From assembly GCA_964426435.1 (NCBI GenBank), contig CAYRQY010000001.1, positions 1 through 51,460 on the forward strand: a stretch of 51,460 nucleotides of DNA, given 5' to 3'. The notes under the pieces are model-generated. The model did no database searches, was not told the origin of the DNA, and saw nothing but the letters and a program-made list of their open reading frames with translations. This DNA comes from an uncultured Rikenellaceae bacterium (GTDB lineage Bacteria > Bacteroidota > Bacteroidia > Bacteroidales > VadinHA17). Positions 44,811-51,460 of the stretch are shown here, piece by piece. Within the stretch, counting starts at the first letter, position 1; the number at the start of each line of letters is the position of its first letter. The position numbers were made by a program, and so were the translations under genes.

Positions 44811-44818
44811 CAAAGATA
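44811..44818 (-). promoter_or_regulatory. Candidate -7 promoter box (TATCTTTG on minus strand) for rplU-rpmA
   Basis: The plus strand reads CAAAGATA. It lies about 90 nt upstream of the rplU ATG. Confidence 0.4.
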
Positions 44819-44940
44819 TATAAATTCGGTTATATACAAGCCGGGGCCGCTGTTTTTTTAAAATCTCTGCGGTTCATTAAGATTCATCTCAACTCTCAAA
44901 AAATTGCTTCGCCCATACCCTCTCTTATATCTATTATCTT

Positions 44941-44948
44941 TATATTTG
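44941..44948 (+). promoter_or_regulatory. Candidate -7 promoter box TATATTTG for the nuclease-thyA-folA operon
   Basis: Exact TAnnTTTG match 49 nt upstream of the ATG at 44997 and inside the longer track ORF (start 44904). Confidence 0.4.
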
Positions 44949-44996
44949 TCGGACAGTAGGTGCAATAACCGTAAAGCGGGTTTATATCGGCTTGAA

Positions 44997-45596
44997 ATGA
45001 AGAGAGTTAAGCTTAAGGTGCTGGGAATCTCATACAGCCAGACTCAGTCGGGGGCTTATGCACTGATACTGATAGAGGAGAATGGTGAAAGGCGTATACC
45101 GATAATAATAGGAGGTTTTGAAGCCCAGGCAATAGTTATAAAGCTTGAAAACCTTGAACCGCCGCGTCCCCTCACACACGATCTGTTTAAGAGCTTTGCC
45201 GACGAGTTCAGCATCTCGGTTACCGAAGTAGTGATTTACAAGCTGGATGAGGGTGTCTTCTTTTCGAGGCTCGTGTGCACAAACGGCGACAAGGAGTATT
45301 CGATCGACAGCCGGACATCCGATGCGGTTGCGATTGCCCTTAGGTTTGGCTGCCCCATCTGGACTACCGAGGAGATAATGGACAAGGCAGGTATTACGAT
45401 TGCTCCTTCAGAAAGCTCTCAGACCCAGAATGATGATGCAGGCGGCGGCGCGGAACAGGAGGGTTCACACTTCGATACATTTACAGATGAAGAGCTTTAC
45501 AGGATGATCGATGAAGCCATAAAGACCGAGGATTACGAAAAAGCTGCAGCCATTAGGGATGAGATTGACAAAAGGAAAAAGGGGCAGACTAAATGA
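44997..45596 (+). CDS. Bifunctional nuclease (DUF151/BFN) family protein with C-terminal UVR motif
   Basis: I prefer the start [46 protein letters not shown] and [14 protein letters not shown] match the BFN domain. The C-terminal [26 protein letters not shown] is a UvrB/C-type motif. Confidence 0.8.
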   Translation: MKRVKLKVLGISYSQTQSGAYALILIEENGERRIPIIIGGFEAQAIVIKLENLEPPRPLTHDLFKSFADEFSISVTEVVIYKLDEGVFFSRLVCTNGDKEYSIDSRTSDAVAIALRFGCPIWTTEEIMDKAGITIAPSESSQTQNDDAGGGAEQEGSHFDTFTDEELYRMIDEAIKTEDYEKAAAIRDEIDKRKKGQTK

Positions 45597-46387
45597 AGCA
45601 GTATCTCGGGCTTCTCGAACATGTTCTGAAGAACGGTATTGAAAAGAGCGACAGGACAGGTACAGGTACCCTGAGCCTGTTTGGTTACCAGATGAGGTTC
45701 GACCTCGGAAAGGGCTTCCCCCTCCTTACAACGAAGAAACTGCACCTTAAATCCGTCATTTATGAATTGCTCTGGTTTATATTGGGCGATACTAATATTA
45801 AATATCTGAATGACAATGGTGTAAGAATATGGAATGAATGGGCCGACAGCAATGGTAACCTTGGTCCTGTTTACGGACACCAGTGGCGGTCGTGGCAGGC
45901 AGCTGACGGGCGTAAGACAGACCAGCTTCTGAATGTCATTGAATCAATAAGGAGTTCGCCCGACTCGAGGCGCCATATTATAACCGCCTGGAATCCGGGT
46001 GAGACAGATAAGATGGCCCTTCCTCCCTGTCACCTGCTTTTCCAGTTCTATGTGGCAGCAGGTAAGTTGTCGTGTCAGCTCTACCAGAGGAGCTGTGATA
46101 TTTTCCTGGGTGTTCCCTTCAACATTGCTTCCTATTCATTGCTTACAATGATGGTAGCCAGGGTTACAGGTCTTGAGCCCGGAGAATTTATTCATACCCT
46201 CGGGGATGCCCATATTTATCTTAATCACATCGACCAGGTGAAGCTTCAGCTTACCAGGGAGCCCATGGAACTGCCGGTGATGGAGCTTAACCCTGAAGTC
46301 AGGGATATTCTGAGATTCAGATACGAGGACTTTACCCTGTCGGGTTACAGCGCACATCCTCATATTAAGGGAGCAATATCAATTTAA
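45593..46387 (+). CDS. thyA: Thymidylate synthase
   Basis: 264-aa ORF with [24 protein letters not shown] and the catalytic [11 protein letters not shown]. Its start overlaps the upstream stop as ATGA. Confidence 0.95.
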   Translation: MKQYLGLLEHVLKNGIEKSDRTGTGTLSLFGYQMRFDLGKGFPLLTTKKLHLKSVIYELLWFILGDTNIKYLNDNGVRIWNEWADSNGNLGPVYGHQWRSWQAADGRKTDQLLNVIESIRSSPDSRRHIITAWNPGETDKMALPPCHLLFQFYVAAGKLSCQLYQRSCDIFLGVPFNIASYSLLTMMVARVTGLEPGEFIHTLGDAHIYLNHIDQVKLQLTREPMELPVMELNPEVRDILRFRYEDFTLSGYSAHPHIKGAISI

Positions 46388-46398
46388 CAGTTACAGAG

Positions 46399-46911
46399 AT
46401 GATTTCCATTATTGTTGCGATAGGTGAAGATATGGGCATAGGGAAGGAGAACCGTCTTTTATGGCACATACCTGACGATCTCAGGAGATTTAAGAAGCTC
46501 ACCTACGGAAAAACCCTGATAATGGGTAAAAAGACATGGGAATCGCTGCCCGTGAAGCCTTTGCCCGGCAGGCGCAACATTGTCCTGACCGATGTGCCGG
46601 AGGAGTGTATAGAGTGCACAATTACAGCATACTCCATAGAAGATGCCCTCTCGAAATGCGACATGAACGAAGAGATTTTCGTGATAGGGGGAGGGTCGGT
46701 CTATCGCCAGTTTTTGCCACTTGCCGACAGACTCTATATAACCCATATTCATAAGAAGGCTGATGCCGATGTGTTCTTTCCGGTAATAGATAAAAGGATC
46801 TGGAAAGTGACCGGGAGGGAAGATGTAGAATCCGGCGATGGAGTTCCGGATTATTCCTATGTAATATATGAAAGAAAGCGGTCGTCCGGGCGCAGCGCGG
46901 TACGTCAGTAA
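46399..46911 (+). CDS. folA: Dihydrofolate reductase
   Basis: 170-aa ORF with MISIIVAIGEDMGIGKENRLLWHIPDDLRRFKKLT and VIGGGSVY. Confidence 0.9.
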   Translation: MISIIVAIGEDMGIGKENRLLWHIPDDLRRFKKLTYGKTLIMGKKTWESLPVKPLPGRRNIVLTDVPEECIECTITAYSIEDALSKCDMNEEIFVIGGGSVYRQFLPLADRLYITHIHKKADADVFFPVIDKRIWKVTGREDVESGDGVPDYSYVIYERKRSSGRSAVRQ

Positions 46912-46916
46912 CTATC

Positions 46917-48131
46917 TCAGGAGGCTTTCAGGATTTTCAGATCTATCCTTGCCAGTTTATGGCTGGCATAATCCCTGGTTATAACCAGTTCACCGCTTTC
47001 GGCCGATGGCATCTCAAACATTGCATCGAGCATCACGGCCTCGCAGATTGCCCTCAGGCCTCTTGCCCCGAGTTTGAACTCTACAGCCTTGTCGACAATA
47101 AAATCGAGGACCTCACCGGTAAATGAGAGTTCAATATTATCCATTTTGAACAGCTTGATATACTGCTTCACCAGTGCGTTCTTCGGTTCCGTAAGAATAT
47201 CCCTGAGTGCTTTCCTGTCGAGCGGATTAAGGTGCGTCAGTACCGGCAGCCTTCCCACTATCTCGGGGATCAGGCCGTAAGCCCTGAGATCCTGCGGAGC
47301 GATATACTGCAGAAGGTTATCCTTGTCGACCCTCTCCCTTGATTCAGATGCCCGGTAACCTACCACCTGTGTGTTCAGGCGGCTTGCGATCTTCTTCTCG
47401 ATGCCCTCAAATGCTCCTCCGCAGATGAAGAGGATATTCTTTGTATCGACGGGTATCATTTTCTGTTCAGGATGCTTCCTCCCGCCTTGCGGTGGAACGT
47501 TAACTACTGATCCCTCAAGCAGTTTAAGGAGGCCTTGCTGGACACCCTCGCCTGAAACGTCGCGTGTTATCGAGGGGTTATCTCCCTTGCGGGCGATCTT
47601 GTCTATCTCATCTATAAATACTATTCCCTTTTCAGCGGCCTTAACATCATAATCGGCGTTCTGCAGAAGACGTGTCAGGAGGCTCTCGATATCCTCACCC
47701 ACATATCCTGCCTCGGTCAGTACGGTTGCATCAACTATGGTGAACGGCACATGGAGCATTTTGGCAACAGTACGGGCCAGAAGGGTCTTTCCGGTACCCG
47801 TTTCCCCGACAAGAATGATATTTGATTTCTCAATTTCAATATCGTCGGTGTCGGGCTTTTGCATCAGCCTCTTGTAGTGATTGTAGACAGCGACGGATAT
47901 TATCTTTTTTGCCATATCCTGACCGATCACATACTGGTCGAGGAATTTCTTTATCTCGGCTGGTTTGAGAAGGTTGATCGTATCGAAAGGGATGTTCTTC
48001 TTTGACCCGAACTCCTCGGCCATAATGCTGTGGGCCTGCTCAATGCAGTGGTCACAGATATGACCCTCGAGGCCTGCAATCAGCATATTGGCCTCTTTCT
48101 TGGTCCTGCCGCAAAATGAACATTTTTCCAT
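46917..48131 (-). CDS. clpX: ATP-dependent Clp protease ATP-binding subunit ClpX
   Basis: 404-aa ORF with the N-terminal zinc finger CSFCGR ... CDHC, Walker A GETGTGKT and Walker B VFIDEIDK. Confidence 0.95.
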   Translation of the reverse strand: MEKCSFCGRTKKEANMLIAGLEGHICDHCIEQAHSIMAEEFGSKKNIPFDTINLLKPAEIKKFLDQYVIGQDMAKKIISVAVYNHYKRLMQKPDTDDIEIEKSNIILVGETGTGKTLLARTVAKMLHVPFTIVDATVLTEAGYVGEDIESLLTRLLQNADYDVKAAEKGIVFIDEIDKIARKGDNPSITRDVSGEGVQQGLLKLLEGSVVNVPPQGGRKHPEQKMIPVDTKNILFICGGAFEGIEKKIASRLNTQVVGYRASESRERVDKDNLLQYIAPQDLRAYGLIPEIVGRLPVLTHLNPLDRKALRDILTEPKNALVKQYIKLFKMDNIELSFTGEVLDFIVDKAVEFKLGARGLRAICEAVMLDAMFEMPSAESGELVITRDYASHKLARIDLKILKAS

Positions 48132-48148
48132 CGGGAACCCCTGTAAGT

Positions 48149-48826
48149 TTAAGTCTTGTTTCTAAGGAGTATCTCATCTATCATTCCGTACTCCTTCGCT
48201 TCGGCCGATGTCATCCAGTGGTCCCTGTCAGAGTCTTTTTCCACCTTCTCAACAGGGTTTCCGGTGTGGTGGGCAATAATTTCGTATAGCTCCCTTTTCA
48301 GCTTGACGATCTCACGCACCTGTATCTCGATATCGGAAGCAGTACCTTCAGCTCCTCCCATCGGCTGGTGTATCATTATCCTCGAATGTTTCAGGGCTGA
48401 ACGCTTACCTTTTGTTCCGGCTGTAAGAAGGACTGCACCCATCGATGCTGCCATGCCGGTGCATGTGGTGGCTATATCGGCCGAGATATACTGCATGGTG
48501 TCGTAGATTCCGAGCCCTGCATGGACCGATCCGCCGGGAGTGTTGAAATAGATCTGAATATCCTTGCCGGGATCTGCAGAGTCGAGATAGAGAAGCTGTG
48601 CCTCAATTATGTTGGCAACGTAGTCGTCGATTGGCAGGCCAAGGAAGATAATCCTGTCCATCATCAGGCGGGAAAAGACATCCATCGAAGCAACATTAAG
48701 CTGCCTTTCCTCGATGATGGTGGGAGAGATATAGCTTCCATAAATTGAGTTGAACCTGTGCAGGGTAATACTGCTGATCCCCTTTTTATCGCGGGCAAAT
48801 TTACCGAAGTCGTCAAGATAATTCAT
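48149..48826 (-). CDS. clpP: ATP-dependent Clp protease proteolytic subunit
   Basis: 225-aa ORF with the catalytic-Ser block [13 protein letters not shown] and IMIHQPMGG. Confidence 0.95.
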   Translation of the reverse strand: MNYLDDFGKFARDKKGISSITLHRFNSIYGSYISPTIIEERQLNVASMDVFSRLMMDRIIFLGLPIDDYVANIIEAQLLYLDSADPGKDIQIYFNTPGGSVHAGLGIYDTMQYISADIATTCTGMAASMGAVLLTAGTKGKRSALKHSRIMIHQPMGGAEGTASDIEIQVREIVKLKRELYEIIAHHTGNPVEKVEKDSDRDHWMTSAEAKEYGMIDEILLRNKT

Positions 48827-48851
48827 AGCCAGGATCTTATAAATTCTGTTT

Positions 48852-48859
48852 CAAAGATA
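48852..48859 (-). promoter_or_regulatory. Candidate -7 promoter box (TATCTTTG on minus strand) for clpP-clpX
   Basis: The plus strand reads CAAAGATA. It lies 26 nt upstream of the clpP ATG. Confidence 0.35.
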
Positions 48860-48895
48860 GTAATAATAAGAACTAACGCTGCAATTCATTGATTA

Positions 48896-50245
48896 TTATT
48901 GTAAAAGCTTATTGAATTCATCGGCTTTCACCTTTTTCTCATCAATTTTGACCATATCCTTGAGGATATCTGTCACCTTATCGTCGAGTATGCGGTCAGC
49001 CAGGCGCTTCGCCTCATCCTCCCGTTTTAACATCTCCCGGGCGTAATTGTTCACCTGCTCATCGGTGGCGTAGTAGAGGCCGTACTGCATGAACTGGTAC
49101 CTGGTGATCTTTTCAGCCTCATGCAACAATTCCTCCTCTGTAATCTTCACATTATTCTCTTTGGCGGCCTTGTTCCTGATGAGCTGCCATTTGAGATCCT
49201 CCCTGAATCTGTCGAACTCACTGCTGATTTGTTCCTCGGTGGTTTTTTCGTTGATGCTGAGCAGCCATTTTTTCAGGAACTCTTCGGGAAGTTCAAATCC
49301 GCATTTTTCAAGAGCCAGCTTCTTAAGGTCGGAAGCAAGCTTAAATTCAGTTTCATGCTTCAGGTTATGCGAGATCTCCTCCTCGATTTTTGTCATGAAT
49401 TCCTCCTCAGAGTTTACAACTCCCGGGCCATATATCCTGTCAAATAACTCCTGCCCGATTTCAGCCGGGGTAAACCTGCTTATTTCACTTATTGTAAATG
49501 AGTAATTTCCGTTTACCGATTCAGCCTCTTCCTTTTTGATCTTAAGCAGGCCTGCAATCTCGTTATCGTTGGGAAACGCTTTCCTCAGGTCAAAGCTGAT
49601 GACGTCATTTTCGGAACGGCCGATGAACATCTTTTTTATTTTCTTGTCTTGAATCAGTTCCACCGAGAGGGTGGTTTCTTCCACAGACAGGCCTTCCGGC
49701 AGGGGATTTCCGGCATCGTCGGCAGCTTCGATCCTGCCCTTGAGAATATCCTTCTCTTCGGATTTGCCGGCTTTGATGAATGTGCCATACCGGCGGGTAT
49801 AGTTCTGCAGGTAATCATTCTTCATCTTCTCATCGACGATTATGCTGTAGTTGATTACCCGGTTCTTCTTGTTCAGTCTGATATCGAATGAGGGTGCGAG
49901 CCCGAGTTCAAACGAGAAGGTAAAATCCTCCCTTGTTTCAAGGTCAGACAGACTATTCTCATCTGCCCTGGGCAAAGGATCCCCGAGGATGTCCAGGTTT
50001 TCATCCTTCAGGTATTTGCTAATGCTTTCAGAAACAACCTTGTTCATCTCGTCTAACTGGACCGCCTTGCCGTACATTTTTCTTATAAGGCCCATCGGTA
50101 CCATCCCCGGCCTGAATCCTTTCACCGATGCCTTTCTGCGATAGTCGCGAAGTACCTTCTCAACATTCTCTTCGTAGTCGGCTTTCTCAACATGCACTTT
50201 AAGTACCGCATTAAGATCATCAAGGTTTTCTCTGCTAATATTCAT
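48896..50245 (-). CDS. tig: Trigger factor
   Basis: 449-aa ORF with the N-terminal ribosome-binding block GFRPGMVPMGLIRKMYGK. Its position upstream of clpP-clpX is the conserved tig-clpP-clpX order. Confidence 0.9.
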   Translation of the reverse strand: MNISRENLDDLNAVLKVHVEKADYEENVEKVLRDYRRKASVKGFRPGMVPMGLIRKMYGKAVQLDEMNKVVSESISKYLKDENLDILGDPLPRADENSLSDLETREDFTFSFELGLAPSFDIRLNKKNRVINYSIIVDEKMKNDYLQNYTRRYGTFIKAGKSEEKDILKGRIEAADDAGNPLPEGLSVEETTLSVELIQDKKIKKMFIGRSENDVISFDLRKAFPNDNEIAGLLKIKKEEAESVNGNYSFTISEISRFTPAEIGQELFDRIYGPGVVNSEEEFMTKIEEEISHNLKHETEFKLASDLKKLALEKCGFELPEEFLKKWLLSINEKTTEEQISSEFDRFREDLKWQLIRNKAAKENNVKITEEELLHEAEKITRYQFMQYGLYYATDEQVNNYAREMLKREDEAKRLADRILDDKVTDILKDMVKIDEKKVKADEFNKLLQ

Positions 50246-50313
50246 GTTTAAATACTTTTAATAGGATCTGTTTTAAGCTGTTTATGCGACACAAACGTGC
50301 CTGCAGTCAGTTG

Positions 50314-50396
50314 TGCGGATGAAGGGACTCGAACCCCCACGTCATTATGACACAAGATCCTAAGTCTTGCTCGGCTACCAATTACGACACATCCGC
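50314..50396 (-). tRNA. tRNA-Leu (anticodon UAG)
   Basis: The reverse complement reads GCGGATGTGTCGTAATTGGTAGCCGAGCAAGACTTAGGATCTTGTGTCATAATGACGTGGGGGTTCGAGTCCCTTCATCCGCA. It has a 7-bp acceptor stem GCGGATG/CATCCGC, an anticodon stem CAAGA/TCTTG with loop CTTAGGA, a long variable arm and the T-loop GGTTCGAGTCC. CCA is not encoded. Confidence 0.9.
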
Positions 50397-50407
50397 AAAA
50401 AATCCCC

Positions 50408-50415
50408 GCAAAAGT
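50408..50415 (-). promoter_or_regulatory. Candidate -7 promoter box (TACTTTTG on minus strand) for tRNA-Leu (and possibly tig)
   Basis: The plus strand reads CAAAAGTA. It ends 12 nt upstream of the mature tRNA 5' end. Confidence 0.4.
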
Positions 50416-50448
50416 ATGGAAAAATATTGTGAATTCAAACTGAGGCGA

Positions 50449-51174
50449 TTACCTGCGAAGTTCAAAGTTCTTGCCCAGGTACACTTTTCTTACGTGTTCG
50501 TCTTCAGCCAGTTGGGATGCCGTACCCGATTTGAGGATCCTTCCCTCGAAAAGGAGGTAGGCACGGTCAGTAATGGAGAGAGTCTCGTGCACATTATGGT
50601 CGGTTATGAGAATACCAATATTCTTTTCGCTGAGTTTCGATACAATTTCCTGAATGTCTTCAACGGCAATGGGGTCAACACCTGCAAAAGGTTCATCGAG
50701 AAGGATGAAATTTGGTTTCAGCGACAGGGCACGTGCAATTTCAGTACGTCTTCTCTCTCCGCCTGAAAGCTGAATGCCTTTGTTCTTTCTTATTTTCTGA
50801 AGGCCGAACTCGTTGAGCAGGCTCTCTAGCCTCTCGTCCTGTTCTTCGCGGGGAAACCCCGACATCTGAAGAACGGCTCGGATATTATCCTCCACCGACA
50901 GATTTCTGAAGACCGAGGCTTCCTGTGCGAGGTATCCTATGCCGAGACGTGCCCGTTTATAGACAGGGAGAGATTTAATATCCTGATCGTCAAGGTATAT
51001 CCTGCCTTCCCTGGGTCTGATGAGGCCTACTATCATATAAAAGGAGGTTGTCTTTCCTGCCCCGTTAGGTCCCAGCAGACCTACAATCTCCCCCTGTTCG
51101 ACTTCTATTGAGACGTGATCGACAACGGTCCTCTTGCGGTACCTCTTTACCAGGTTTTCAGTGTATAGTCTCAT
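50449..51174 (-). CDS. lptB: LPS export ABC transporter ATP-binding protein
   Basis: 241-aa ORF with Walker [10 protein letters not shown], the signature [13 protein letters not shown], Walker [13 protein letters not shown], and the LptB-typical length and C-terminus. Confidence 0.9.
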   Translation of the reverse strand: MRLYTENLVKRYRKRTVVDHVSIEVEQGEIVGLLGPNGAGKTTSFYMIVGLIRPREGRIYLDDQDIKSLPVYKRARLGIGYLAQEASVFRNLSVEDNIRAVLQMSGFPREEQDERLESLLNEFGLQKIRKNKGIQLSGGERRRTEIARALSLKPNFILLDEPFAGVDPIAVEDIQEIVSKLSEKNIGILITDHNVHETLSITDRAYLLFEGRILKSGTASQLAEDEHVRKVYLGKNFELRR

Positions 51175-51201
51175 CTTCAGCCATCTCCGCCTTTAGCTTC
51201 A

Positions 51202-51460
51202 TTAACCTGACTTATCATCACCCATGAATTTTGCCCTCTCCTTCTCCTGTTTCTTAACGACCCGTTTGGATATGTTGATGCCAATCTCATAAAGCACCAT
51301 CAGGGGAAGGCTCACCAGGAGCTGGGAAAAAATGTCGGGAGGGGTTATTATCGCCGAAAGGACCACTATCACGACAATCGAATGTTTCCTGTACTTCCTG
51401 AGAAAATTCGGTGTTACTATCCCGACCTTGGTGAGGAAGAAAACGATTATCGGAAGCTCG
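51202..51460 (-). CDS. tatC: Twin-arginine translocase subunit TatC, C-terminal fragment (starts beyond the right edge)
   Basis: Not in the ORF track. My reverse-strand translation gives ELPIIVFFLTKVGIVTPNFLRKYRKHSIVVIVVLSAIITPPDIFSQLLVSLPLMVLYEIGINISKRV ... stop (TAA at 51204..51202). The ITPPD ... Q ... P ... LYE block is typical of TatC TM5-6. Confidence 0.75.
   Translation of the reverse strand, partial: ELPIIVFFLTKVGIVTPNFLRKYRKHSIVVIVVLSAIITPPDIFSQLLVSLPLMVLYEIGINISKRVVKKQEKERAKFMGDDKSG

Noticed and set aside
44781-44848. 8-bp inverted repeat GCCCCGGC ... GCCGGGGC followed by a T-run (terminator-like)
   Set aside because: The arms are separated by about 52 nt, and no upstream plus-strand gene exists to terminate. 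The downstream arm lies upstream of the predicted rplU promoter, so it would not be in that transcript either.
50246-50448. tRNA-Leu as a possible integration hotspot or genomic-island border
   Set aside because: No integrase, direct repeat of the tRNA 3' end or compositional shift is visible on either side. The flanking genes (tig, lptB) are core genes.
1-51460. Scan for CRISPR arrays, transposases, integrases, toxin-antitoxin pairs or known defence-system genes
   Set aside because: I recognised none. The only tandem repeat is the 7-bp array at 11166..11270, which has no spacers and is not CRISPR-like.

Overview
This 51.5-kb window looks like a chromosomal segment of an anaerobic Bacteroidota (Bacteroidales-like) genome. 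The evidence for that taxon is repeated TAnnTTTG -7 promoter boxes, GH97, DUF4369/TlpA-type lipoproteins, GldL-like membrane proteins, hcp and a glycyl radical enzyme. I call about 45 CDS and one tRNA-Leu(UAG). I found no rRNA, CRISPR array, transposase, integrase or recognisable defence genes.

Most of the window is core metabolism and housekeeping:
- tetR-tolC efflux fragment
- Gfo/Idh/MocA oxidoreductase and GH97
- hcp, and a porin-amtB-glnK nitrogen locus
- comM
- lpxH with two TlpA-like lipoproteins
- ribF, ahcY, greA, HIT, comF, ruvC, an S41 peptidase and an EamA transporter
- serS and rplU-rpmA
- a nuclease-thyA-folA operon
- tig-clpP-clpX, lptB and a tatC fragment

The parts most worth follow-up are:
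1. A tightly packed minus-strand operon of acyltransferase, GRE activase, YbiW/PflD-like glycyl radical enzyme and ROK kinase. The substrate is unassigned.
2. A large UDP-glucose-type glycogen locus (GH133, GT4, GH57, GH13 branching enzyme). Its centrepiece is one uninterrupted 1407-aa ORF fusing a eukaryote-like GT3 glycogen synthase to a GT35 alpha-glucan phosphorylase.
3. A duplicated ~60-bp upstream module in front of both the porin gene and amtB.
4. A perfect 16-bp Crp/Fnr-type palindrome positioned for class-II activation of hcp.
5. A 105-bp array of 15 in-phase heptanucleotide repeats upstream of comM.
6. An orphan protein made of two tandem SiaB/RsbW-like GHKL kinase modules.
7. Two tandem GldL-N-like membrane paralogs.

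All functional calls rest on motif recognition by eye. No database search was run.
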